A stretch of 64,000 bases of DNA. Origin: Octopus vulgaris (Eukaryota). Made by a program: the position numbers and the translations under genes. Positions 44,253-56,765 of this stretch are shown here, one piece after another (position 1 is the stretch's first letter; the number at the start of each line of letters is the position of its first letter). Location of the stretch: assembly GCA_951406725.2 (NCBI GenBank), contig OX597827.1, positions 26,226,001 to 26,290,000 of the forward strand, written 5' to 3'. The notes under the pieces are model-generated. The model was not told where the DNA came from and ran no database searches. It worked only from the letters and a program-made list of their open reading frames with translations.

Positions 44253-44642
44253 ATATATATATATATATATTTTTCTATCTTCTATATATATTATTATATA
44301 TATATATTTTTTTTTTTGTCTGTCAGTTTCTCACTCTCTCTATTTCTCTTTCCCTCTCTCTCTCTCTCTCCCTATCTCCCTATCTATCTATCTATCTTTC
44401 TATCCATTCCTCTGTTCAATCACAATGAGTCAGGCACGAACTATTCTTGCCACAGCGTTGACAATTTTCTGCAAATAATTGAAGAAAGTCTACGTTTTTG
44501 TTGATGTCGCTGTTGTTCTTTATGGTCTCAATAAATTAGACAAGCTCCATAAGTTCCATCAAGGAGAAACTGTCATCAGTTGGAATGCGTGGAACATGTC
44601 CACCGAGGACGACACAGTGATCTCAATGAAACAAACGAGGAG

Positions 44643-44682
<40 letters not shown>

Positions 44683-44728
44683 GCAGCAGAAACAGCAGTA
44701 GTAGTAGTTGTTGTAGAGCAGCAGCAGC

Positions 44729-44774
<46 letters not shown>

Positions 44775-44779
44775 TATTT

Positions 44780-44845
<66 letters not shown>

Positions 44846-45044
44846 ATTTCAGATTTTGACACAAGACCAACAATTTAGGGGATGGGCTTAAATCGATTAC
44901 TTTGACACCACTGATTAACGGGTACTTATTTTATCGACCCCGAAAGGACGAAAGGTAAATTCCACCACGGCGGTATTTGAACTTACTCTTTTACACTTTT
45001 ACTTGTTTCAGTCATTTGTCTGCGGCTGGATGTTAAAATTCGTC

Positions 45045-46170
45045 TCAAAACATGAAAACAAGTAAAACATCATACTCAGTAACAAAACAGGCAAAGAAAT
45101 ATCTAAGTGAATTCCGAATACAACAAATTTCGGAATTAGACACACAAGACACAAACACAGACAAAGCTAAGCGCGTGAAAACCCGTGCTGAAACCGCTGC
45201 CTTAGATATTCTGAATGATAAACGGCAACAAAAACATCTCAATGGCAAATACCCAAAGAGAGCGAATAATGCAGATGTTGACAAAGCCCTAACCCATAAA
45301 TGGCTAATGGCCTCTGGTTTAAAATCTGAAACAGAAGGCTTTATCATAGCAACTCAAGATCAATGCCTACCTACAAGGAACTACCAGGCCAACATATTAA
45401 AGAACGGCAGTAGCCCAACATGTCATGTATGCCGACAACAAAATGAAACCTTTGATTATGTGGTCTCCAAGTGCAGTCTTCTTGCGCCTACAGAGTATCT
45501 GAACTGGCATGATAGAACTGCACGATGTATTCACTGGGTAATTTTCAAAAGCCTGGACTTGCCCCAAGATAAAATCTGGTGGGAACACAAACCACCTCCA
45601 GTGCTTGAAAATGACCACATCTCACTCCTCTGGAACTTCACCATTCAAAATGACAGAAAGATAGATGCGAATAGGCCAGACATCATATTGAAAGACTTCA
45701 GACAAAAACATGCCTCCTCATTGATATGACTGTCCCAATCGATATAAACGTATCTGTCAAGACCTACCTGAAACTGAGCAAATATAAAGATCTTGAACTA
45801 GAAATCAGCAAAATGTGGAAGTTGAAGACTAAAACAATACCTGTTGTCATAGGTGCCCTGGGAATGATAGGAAAAGGGGCTGATTGCTACCTACTTCAAA
45901 TACCAGGAAACCCAAAAATGGTAGAAATTCAAAAGATAGTGCTAATAGGAACTGCTCATATCCTACGCAAAATACTTTCTATGTAATTTCAAATTTTAAA
46001 AACAAACATAATTTTCGAATGGTTTTTTAGACATACAACACTACGTAAAAAACCAAATATATGGCACACTAGGCATAACACCAACACGAACTTCCAACTT
46101 GTTGTCTCTTGAGGTCTCTGGGTGAGACTTGGAGCCAACTTGTACAAATGTAAAGCAAAAGTCAACCATA

Positions 46171-46172
<2 letters not shown>
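45045..46172 (+). mobile_element. R4/Dong-clade non-LTR retrotransposon, 5'-truncated, ending in (TAA)n
   Basis: SGLKSETEGFIIATQDQ, CHVC..ET....SKC..LAPTEYLNWHD zinc knuckle, ANRPDII and VPIDINV..K..KYKDLELEI..W..PVVIGALG (REL endonuclease); one frameshift near 45710. Confidence 0.9.
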
Positions 46173-46233
<61 letters not shown>

Positions 46234-46349
46234 TGATAATAATGATAATAATGATAATAATAATAATAATAATAATAATAATAGTAATAATAATAACAAT
46301 AATAATAATAATAATGATAATAATAATAATAATGATGATGATGATGATG

Positions 46350-46401
<52 letters not shown>

Positions 46402-46528
46402 TAATAATAATAGTAAAACTGAGCAAGCATAAAGATCTTAAAATAGAAATTAGCAGAACAATACCTGTTGTCATATGTACCCAAGGTTGGTAAGCAAGCT
46501 ACTTACCACACAGTCACTCCTAAGCCTA

Positions 46529-46586
<58 letters not shown>

Positions 46587-46590
<4 letters not shown>

Positions 46591-49500
46591 GGGGACGTTT
46601 AAGAGAGAACACCGGGGACGTTTAAGATGTAAGAACGATAAAACAGTGCTCCGAAATCTGACCACAAACATCGAAAAGAAAGACATCGTATGGAGCCAAA
46701 AATTTACTAACAAAGGACTGGACTATATCCGAGTAAGTAATACTCATTGAAATTTATTACTGTTTTCGAAACGAAATGATGTATTTTAACTCGATATCAT
46801 CTCCACCTCTAACACAACACATGTAAACATGCGTGGTACATTACGATCCATCAACACCAGATCATCCCCGACCCCAAACACCGTGAACAAAAAAACTACG
46901 AAGAAATTAAATAACACCGATATTATTCAACCCAAGAATAACATTCGGGAAGTACGTACTTTAAATTTACAACTCAAAATGTACGAAAAACTACACTTGC
47001 AAAACAATGTGACAACAGAAATGAACGGACTGGTACCCCACGAAAATGACGACCGTCAAAATAATGGGCCGGACGTTGTTCCTCATGTCCCGCAAATAAA
47101 ACCCAAAAGGGATAAATGGACACATGAGGAATACATTTCTATCCTACACGCTTACTTCACAGCAATACTCTACCCAAAAAATGAAAACACAACAACACAT
47201 ACATATAAAATATGGAAGGAAAATAACATAAATATAGACTTGGATACAGCAATGAACCCTAATAAACTAGCAAACGTACGAAGATACATTCTCAACGCAA
47301 AAAAATATCAGAAATAGAAATAGAACATCTGAAAGAAAAAATACATCAGGAAATCTAGATAGAAGCCACACAACAATGCCCAATAATATAAACACTGAAA
47401 CAGTAAAACACGAAGACAAACGTAACATTCCCAACAAACATGATGTAAACAAAAAACAACAAACCCAGACCGCAAGGCTGCATAATAATACACGACAAAC
47501 AAACATACGAACGTGAAAAAAAATGACACAAATGTAAAACCTGGAAACAACGAAGTGGGGCCTAATGATTATGATACTATAAAAAGTAGAATAATCAAAG
47601 AACTGAAAAACACAGATCTCAAGATGGACCACTGACCATACCTCCCAAAAATCAAAATAGACGAAACAACAACATCAATTATAAACAGCATAAACCTAAC
47701 CGTCACGGAACTAATAGCCACTGAAAGAAAAAGCGATATCACTGAGCTAAATGACTTAGTATACGCAGCAGCCACTGCAGCCAACAAAAGAAGCTGGATA
47801 CTCACTCAAACCCATCCAAACAGGAGTACCACCACCCAAACAAACCCTGTGGATAAATAACATCCAAAACAAAATGCAAAAAATGAGAAAAGATCTGTCG
47901 ATTCTTAATGAAATCAGTAGACAATCAACGCTACTGAGCAACAAAAAAGAAAACAAAAATACTCTGCAAATACAACATCACAGAAAAAGATTTACCTGAG
48001 ATAAAAGAAAAATTATAGCAAGATATTCTTGCCAAAGCAAAAAGGATCCGCCGGTACGAAAAACGCCAGCGCTTCTTTGAACAAAACAAAAAGTTCAACT
48101 CCAACCCCAAAAAGTTCTATCAAGAACTTGGCAAAAATAAAATAGAAATCACTGCAGCACCAACGGCAGAAGAAGTGGAAGAATTCTGCAGAGAAATATT
48201 ATAGTCGGCGAATGAACAACCAAAAAAAAGGAGTATTAAAACAACAAACACAGCATCTGAGCAACTTTGGACCCCCATAACAACTGAAGAGGTCACCCAG
48301 GCACTGCAAAGACTAAGCAACTGGAAGGCACCTGGGCATGACAAGATCCCCAACTTCTGGTTGAAATATCTAACAGGAATGCACAAAAAGCTGACTGAAA
48401 ACTTTAACAACATACTAGCAGAGCCAGAGACAATGCCAGAATGTCTCACGAAGGGGAAAACCATCTTAATTCCCAAATCAAATGAGACAGCAAAACCAGA
48501 AAACTACAGACCAATAACCTGTCTCCCTACAATGTACAAGACATTTACTGCAGTGATATCGCAAAGGTTGAACAAGCACCTGGACGAAATCAACCTGTTT
48601 CCAGAAGAGCAGAAAGGATGCCGCAAAGGCTCATATGGCTGTAAAGATCAACTAATGATTAATAAAGCCATAACTGAAGACAGCCACAGAAAGAAGAAAA
48701 CTACTATACAATAACCACCAGCTGGAAAACTACTATAAAATAACCACCATAGGACTGCAAAAATATCTACTTCAGAATGAAGTAAAACTGATACAAATAG
48801 CGGCAAAACACGAGCAAAGCAAAAAAACTGTTCTCAGTATTTAAGGAAGCTGACAAATACAAACAAGAAATCATGCCACCTAATAAATATGAAAAAGTAG
48901 AAGAAGATGAAGAAACAACAAAAGCTATAAAACAAATGAAATCCAAACTAAAACTAGAACAGCAAAGAACCATGATAAAACGATGGCAAGAAAAGCCCCT
49001 TTATGGTAAATACTGGACTAAACTAAATGCAAAAGAAATAGACAAAGAAAAATCCCAGCAATGGTTGAGAAGCTCAGGACTCAAAGCAGAGACAGGGATT
49101 TTTAATGCAGCACAAGTCCAAAGCAACCCCACTAGAAATTACCAAAAACATGTAATGAAAAGAAACATAGCAAGTAACTGCAGAATATGTGGAGATGGAC
49201 AAGAAACAATAAATCATATTATCTCTGGCTGCCCAGTCCTGGCTTAGAAGGAATATATTCACAGACATGACAGAGTTGGAAAAGGTCACAGAAAACGAGA
49301 AAGCAACCATACTCTGGGATATGCCAATACACACATATAGAAAAATTAAAGCCAACAGACCAGATATAGTTGTCAGAGATCATGAAGAAAAAAATGCTTT
49401 CTAATTGATGTATCAATACCGGCAGATGACAACGTCTCTAAAAGAAATGGAGAAACTTTCAAAATACAAAGATCTGGAAATAGAGGTAACCAGAATGTGG

Positions 49501-49766
49501 AATCTAAAAACAGAAACAATCCCTATCATAGTAGGTGCATTAGGCATGATAAAAAAATATTCAGACAAATACATAACAAAAACACCAGGACATACAAACA
49601 CATATAACATACAGGAAATTGCACTACTAGCCACTGCACACATCCTACGCAGAACACTTTCTATACAATAACCTTCAGAGCATCACAACAAATCACAGCA
49701 CATACCCAAGGCACACAGAGCTGCGCTCGGTAGTGAAGTGAAAGCACGCTATAAAAATAAAACTAC
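46587..49766 (+). mobile_element. Second R4/Dong-clade element with 5' end and an internal RT deletion, flanked both sides by (TAA)n
   Basis: N-terminal KWTHEEY..LANVRRYIL; RT start NWKAPGHDKIPNFWLKYL, PENYRPITCL, EEQKGCRKGSYGCKDQL; C-terminal CRIC..ETINHIISGC, RPDI, KYKDLEIEV..W..GALG; many frameshifts. Confidence 0.92.
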
Positions 49767-49778
49767 TAATAATAATAA

Positions 49779-49851
<73 letters not shown>

Positions 49852-50198
49852 TAATAGAATCGACCTCGGTGGGATATGAACTCAGAACGAAAAGACGGAT
49901 GAAATACTGCCAAGCAATTTTCCGAGCGGGATAGCGATTTGGCCACCTCGCCAACATATTACTGGACCAAATATTACAAAACATTTTGCCTGACGTTCTT
50001 TACGAGTCTGCAAATTCCTGTCTCTTGAATATTTTGGCTAAATAATCTACATTCCACATTTCCTTGGCACCCAAATCGTAAAACCAACTTCACTGGGGAC
50101 TGGCTGAAGACTACAGTGAGAATGAGTTGTCACTCAACGCCTAGTCTGACTTTGACAATCTCTATGTGTGTGTGTATGCACATTCATAATCATACATG

Positions 50199-51110
50199 CA
50201 TGAAGCATATTTCAGAAGTTTTCAGATACTTTTACAAGCAGTTATAACACTTCTTGATTATTCTAATTCTAGCGTATCATTTCTATCCGTCAAACAAACT
50301 GACTTGCCATCTTTTATTGTTCTAGATTGAAGAGAACGCCTGTAGCATCACTTTGAACACGCCCAAACAAATACATGCTTGTCAGAGTTAACAAGTTTGC
50401 AGAAACTAGTCGGGACGTAAAGATAATCTGGAAGCTCGCTATACAATAAATTTTTGTGTTAAACCGGGCAAAAAGGATGCGGAGACATAAAATGCGGGAG
50501 TCGAATTATGGATTAATTTGTATGAGATTTTCACAGGGACAAAAAGCCAGGCGAAGTAAGTCCACCAGGAAGCTCATAAAGATGCCCTTTTTCGACAACA
50601 GGAGCATCATCTACAAACACTGAGCAACCGGTCCAAAAAGCAGCCGGTCCTCTGAGTAGCCGGTCCTCTGAGCAACCGATCATCTGAGTAGCCGGTCCAC
50701 AAATCAGCCGGTACACAAAGAGTATCTTGTAGAGGTTTTGAAGGAATTCAGAAAGTGATTTTGCTGGACAAAGCAAGAGCGCCTGCCTGCACGGGGACAA
50801 TGCACCAGTCCACGATTCCATCCAGATAACCAACTACTTGACAGAGAAGAGCAACACATTTGTCCCTCCCCCAGCCTACAGACCAAACCATCCTTCCTGA
50901 AACTTTTGGTTGTTACCCAAGTTGATGGAAGAAGTCTGTAGCATGGGTTCTGGGCACCTTACATTTGGAGGACTTCCATGGGGGCCTTCTCGAAGTGGCT
51001 GGAGGGCTACAAGAAATGCACCGATATCAGAGGATGACCCGAGAAGGAAAGTATTGTTTTGCACTTCTTTGGAATCTGAAGTCTGAAAACGTCTGGAATG
51101 TACCTTGTAC
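50199..51110 (+). mobile_element. Decayed mariner transposon
   Basis: Fragments EARYTINFCVKPGK, LHGDNAPVH, FWLLPKL, EDFHG..KWLEGYKKC; weak terminal inverted similarity. Confidence 0.7.
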
Positions 51111-51225
51111 TTACTCCTGCATACATGAATGCACAGATGCGGTCATATACACGTGAATACATTAAAATGTACAAAACATAAACATGTTTACATGAATACA
51201 CATTCTCGCTTCTGCATACACACAC

Positions 51226-51259
<34 letters not shown>

Positions 51260-51263
51260 CACT

Positions 51264-51368
51264 GTGACCGACCAGGCTATCAGATATTGCTACACATCGC
51301 TGGTTACAATGCGCTTCGCATTATTTTAGCCTTCAAATGACGCCACCCCCCCTGGCTAAGCGAGCAGG

Positions 51369-51372
<4 letters not shown>
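51264..51372. mobile_element. 108-bp (TA)n-embedded element, copy 2
   Basis: Matches 20961-21068. Confidence 0.8.
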
Positions 51373-51436
<64 letters not shown>

Positions 51437-51556
51437 CACACGCGATAGCGCACACACACATGCTTACATACCTAGACACTCCAATAACCAATGACAGGAA
51501 ATTAAATACTCATCGACACATATGGTTACTTTTCACATATATTTATGGACATGCGC

Positions 51557-51606
<50 letters not shown>

Positions 51607-52664
51607 ACAGATTTATATATACACACACATGCACACGCAGGCAGATACAGAAGCATACGCACTAATACACACCAGCAAACGCACGACAAACTAATTCAAG
51701 CATGCAGTCGTATATGTATATTATATCTATAAAAGGAATGATGTGTGTGCGTGTGTGTGTGTGTCTGTGTACCTGATTGCAGTTTATGCACATCCACAAA
51801 TTAGCACGTACGTCGCTCAAATTTTAGGATATTCATCAACACTCTATCTGGGATTTGTCAACTTATTTTTTTCCCGTGGCACCCGCGGATAGCGGTAAAA
51901 TTCCATTTTCAGCCATTGATTTTAGCCATAAAAATATCAGCTATGGCTTTTTTGACGGCGTCTAACAAAAAAAAGATAAAGAAAAGTGGTAGAGGGGCAG
52001 AGAGTTTCACGGGAAAGACAAAGTCAGAGGGAGAGAGAGAGTAAGCGACGACGTTCATAAAAAATAAAATTTTAAATGTTTCGTTTTTTCTTAAACACGA
52101 GATATAGTGTTCAAGTTCAGGATGTTTTTGAAAGACACTATATTTTATAATCATAGTAAATATACTTTCTCACACAACAATTACAATATATTTATTTAAA
52201 ATCATTTATTTATTTTAAATCGTTCATCTTTCTCCGCCCCGCCCCCGCCCCCTCTCTCTCTCACACACACACTGCTTTGGGTGCGAAAGAGTCTTGTTTT
52301 TATTTTACCCTGAGTAAAAAAGTGCTTTGTTGACAATCCATTTATTTAACAACAAAGAAACAAAGCGGTAAGTAACAATTTGTCAGTGAATTACCCAATA
52401 TAAACGGGTACAATTTGCGAGGCATCCACCACACCCCACTCCGTTTCACGGACCAGAAAAAGTGTTTTCAGGCCAGAGTAGTTGATTCCACTAAAAAAAA
52501 ACCGAGTGAAAATCGTGCGAGTGTTAATCTACAAATGAACAACATTTTTTTCCATTCATTTCTGTTTGTGAACATGCATGCGTGCACAAAAAATGCAATA
52601 GGTGTACGTACCTACGTGTGTGTATGTGTGTTCGTGTCTATTGCCTATATATACTCTCTTTAAT

Positions 52665-53050
52665 CTCTTTTACTTGTTTCTCTCATTTGACTGCGGCCAT
52701 GCTGGAGCACCGCCTTTAATCGAGCAACTCGACCCCGGGACTTATTCTTTTGTAAGCCCCGTACTATCGGTTTCTTTTGCCGAACCGCTAAGTAACGTGG
52801 ACATAAACACACCAGTATCGGTTGTCCAGCAATGCTAGGGGGACAAACACAGACACACAAACACCCATACACGCATATATATATATATATATACATATAT
52901 ACAACGGGCTTCTTTCAGTTTCCGTCTACCAAATCCACTCACAAGGCTATAGTAGAAGACACTTGCGCAAGGTGCCACGCAGTGGGACTGAACCCGGAAC
53001 CATGTGGTTGGTAAACAAGCTACTTACCACAGAGCCACTCCTGCGCCTAT
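52665..53050 (-). mobile_element. SINE family B, young copy
   Basis: Close to the family consensus on the minus strand. Confidence 0.9.
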
Positions 53051-53084
53051 ATTTGTATTATATTATATATAATATATATATATT

Positions 53085-53210
53085 ATAACTAATTTCAACG
53101 TATTTCGCCCAAATTTGACGTCTATATTACTTAGTTTGGTTTAAGATAAAGAACTTGATTAGCTTAATAATCGTAACTTAATCCCGGGAAAGGCCGGGTT
53201 ATACTGCTAG

Positions 53211-53211
<1 letters not shown>
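53085..53211 (+). mobile_element. Helitron 3' terminus
   Basis: GC hairpin cccgg gaaagg ccggg (53183-53198), followed 8 nt later by CTAG (53207-53210) and T, the canonical Helitron end. Confidence 0.65.
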
Positions 53212-53274
<63 letters not shown>

Positions 53275-53460
53275 TGCAGGCGGGGCTGTGCGCGGTAAAA
53301 AGCGCTTGCTTCCCAACAACATGGGTTCGGGTTCAGTCCCTCTTCGTGGCACCTTGGGCAAGTGTCTTCTACTACAGTTTCGGGCCGACCAAAGCCTCGT
53401 GAGTCGATTTGGTACACGGAACCTGAAAGAAGCCCGTCGTATATAACATATATGTGTACG

Positions 53461-53504
<44 letters not shown>

Positions 53505-53604
53505 TATGTTATATACGACGGGCTTCTTCAGGTTCCGTGTACCAAATCGACTCACGAGGCTTGCTGTAGTAGTATATATATATACATATATATATATATT
53601 TATA

Positions 53605-53987
53605 TGGAAGCACTCCGTCGGTTACGACGACGAGGGTTCCGGTTGATCCGATCAACGGAACAGCCTGCTCGTGAAATTAACGTGTAAGTGGCTGAGCACT
53701 CCACAGACACGTGTACCCTTAACGCAGTTCTCGGGGATATTCAGCTTGACACAGAGAGTGACAAGGCCGGCCCTTTGAAATACAGGTTCAACAGAAACAG
53801 GAAGTAAGAGTGAGAGAAAGTTGTGGTGAAAGAGTACAGCACGGATCGCCACCACCCCCTGCTGGAGACTCGTGGAGCTTTAGGTGTTTTCGCTCAATAA
53901 ACACTCACAACGCCCGGTCTGGGAATCGAAACCGCGATCCTACGACCGCGAGTCCGCTGCCCTAACCACTGGGCCATTGCGCCTCCA
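53605..53987 (-). mobile_element. SINE family C, full length, tRNA-derived
   Basis: Minus strand starts ggaggcgcaaTGGCCCAGTGGttagggcagcggactcgcgg...GGTTTCGATTCCcagacc (A and B boxes); flanked by TA runs. Confidence 0.85.
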
Positions 53988-53988
53988 C

Positions 53989-54039
<51 letters not shown>

Positions 54040-54780
54040 ATATGTGTGCCTGTTTTTGTCGCGCCACCATTTCCCTAAATCCACTGTTGGTGCGCTTACC
54101 TCCCTGTAAATCAACGGTTCGGCAAAAGAAACCGATAGGATAAGTACTATGCTTACAAAGAATAAGTCCTGGGGTTGATTCGTTCGACTAAATGCAGTGC
54201 TCCAGCATGGCCTCAGACAAATGATTGAAACAAGTAAAAGACTTAAAAGAATAAAAGAATATATATATGTATATATATATATACACACGCATATGCAAAT
54301 ATAAAGACACACAAGGAGACATGGACACAAACAGACACACAAATATATACATATCCACAACCGCATACACACAGGCCCAGACATACCCCGCCTCAATGCC
54401 CATACATTACACACATACATACCATTCCATTAGTCTCACATTGCTCATTAATCACACATCCAGACAGGCGTCAATCATGCAGCTATTAACCTTACTCCTC
54501 CTTCTACTCCACCTCCTAAATCCCCTTCCTGTTGTTTTTTTTTAATGAACAAACCGACATCTTTAATCCCGGTGACTTTCATCAATTGTCATAACTCTTC
54601 GATGTTGTCTTTACCAACCTACATTATTTCCAGCATTATCACACGGGTTAATTGCAAGAAAATATTCATTAATTTATCTAGTTATTATTATTATTATAGC
54701 AGTAGGAGTTTTAGTGGTGGTGGTGGTTGTGGTGGTGATGGCCGTGGTGGTAGTAGTGGTGTCAGTATTATTATTATTAT

Positions 54781-54821
<41 letters not shown>

Positions 54822-54937
54822 ATAGAATTTTCTTGAATTTTACATTTTATGTTTTTCTAGTTTTATGAGTCACAAAATCAGTAAAAAAATTTGAGAGCAG
54901 CGTGTGTATGTGTATATGTGTGTATGTGTACGTGTGT

Positions 54938-55057
<120 letters not shown>

Positions 55058-55072
55058 GTATGTATGTGTATA

Positions 55073-55103
<31 letters not shown>

Positions 55104-55105
<2 letters not shown>

Positions 55106-55288
55106 CAACAATCAAGGAACGGCCATAATAGGCCATTCACCCACTAGAAATAACAGCCAAAAGCTTTAACCGCAAAATAACGTCAATTCCGTAAACCAGG
55201 AGAAAATTGAAAAACATTTACCCTGTAATTTCTTAGACGATGCACCGTTTCATCTTCTGTTTTATGGAAAACTAACCTGATTAAATTA
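55104..55288 (-). repeat. Inverted partial copy (about 185 bp) of the 493-bp unit
   Basis: Reverse complement of about 55719-55903 with one mismatch; overlaps the forward array by AAATTA (55283-55288). Confidence 0.95.
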
Positions 55289-55672
55289 CAGGGTAAATGT
55301 TTTTCAATTTTCTCCTGGTTTACGGAATTGACGTTATTTTGCGGTTAAAGCTTTTGGCTGTTATTTCTAGTGGGTGAATGGCCTATTATGGCCGTTCCTT
55401 GATTGTTGATGTTGAACTTAAAAATGGTTTATGACTATTTAATTTTTTCCCACTAGGCCGCTGGTGGCAAAAGAATTCTACAAAATTTTTTTTGCCACCC
55501 TATATTGATTAATTATGAATTTTCTGGTTAATTCCGTAATGGAATCGGCGGCTTATATTTATTTGCTGCCGATAAATTTGGCGCGAGTGCGACGATTTGA
55601 AAATTTTAGGTCAGATATTGACGAGGTAGTAATGAGAATGCCTCGTGAAAAATATCTGTTCCGGTTTTGGCT

Positions 55673-55779
55673 ATTTCTTACTGATGAATCTAAGGGCCTA
55701 TGGTAGATTGGCTTGATTTAATTTAATCAGGTTAGTTTTCCATTAAACAGAAGATGAAACGGTGCATCGTCTAAGAAAT
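55673..55779 (+). ncRNA. Type I hammerhead ribozyme, unit 1
   Basis: atttctta CTGATGA atct...agat GAAA cg gtgcat cg TC taagaaat: 8-bp stem I, intact core, GUC cleavage after 55771. Confidence 0.93.
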
Positions 55780-56165
55780 TACAGGGTAAATGTTTTTCAA
55801 TTTTCTCCTGGTTTACGGAATTGACGTTATTTTGCGGTTAAAGCTTTTGGCTGTTATTTCTAGTGGGTGAATGGCCTATTATGGCCGTTCCTTGATTGTT
55901 GATGTTGAACTTAAAAATGGTTTATGACTATTTAATTTTTTCCCACTAGGCCGCTGGTGGCAAAAGAATTCTACAAAATTTTTTTTGCCACCCTATATTG
56001 ATTAATTATGAATTTTCTGGTTAATTCCGTAATGGAATCGGCGGCTTATATTTATTTGCTGCCGATAAATTTGGCGCGAGTGCGACGATTTGAAAATTTT
56101 AGGTCAGATATTGACGCGGTAGTAATGAGAATGCCTCGTGAAAAATATCTGTTCCGGTTTTGGCT

Positions 56166-56272
56166 ATTTCTTACTGATGAATCTAAGGGCCTATGGTAGA
56201 TTGGCTTGATTTAATTTAATCAGGTTAGTTTTCCATTAAACAGAAGATGAAACGGTGCATCGTCTAAGAAAT
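56166..56272 (+). ncRNA. Type I hammerhead ribozyme, unit 2
   Basis: Identical to unit 1. Confidence 0.93.
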
Positions 56273-56658
56273 TACAGGGTAAATGTTTTTCAATTTTCTC
56301 CTGGTTTACGGAATTGACGTTATTTTGCGGTTAAAGCTTTTGGCTGTTATTTCTAGTGGGTGAATGGCCTATTATGGCCGTTCCTTGATTGTTGATGTTG
56401 AACTTAAAAATGGTTTATGACTATTTAATTTTTTCCCACTAGGCCGCTGGTGGCAAAAGAATTCTACAAAATTTTTTTTGCCACCCTATATTGATTAATT
56501 ATGAATTTTCTGGTTAATTCCGTAATGGAATCGGCGGCTTATATTTATTTGCTGCCGATAAATTTGGCGCGAGTGCGACGATTTGAAAATTTTAGGTCAG
56601 ATATTGACGAGGTAGTAATGAGAATGCCTCGTGAAAAATATCTGTTCCGGTTTTGGCT

Positions 56659-56765
56659 ATTTCTTACTGATGAATCTAAGGGCCTATGGTAGATTGGCTT
56701 GATTTAATTTAATCAGGTTAGTTTTCCATTAAACAGAAGATGAAACGGTGCATCGTCTAAGAAAT
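56659..56765 (+). ncRNA. Type I hammerhead ribozyme, unit 3
   Basis: Identical to unit 1. Confidence 0.93.

Noticed and set aside
51860-52560. Possible Helitron/Helentron-like non-autonomous element
   Set aside because: No clear termini or second copy in the window.
53915-53987. tRNA gene
   Set aside because: A and B boxes are present but there is no acceptor stem or terminator; the sequence continues into a SINE body.
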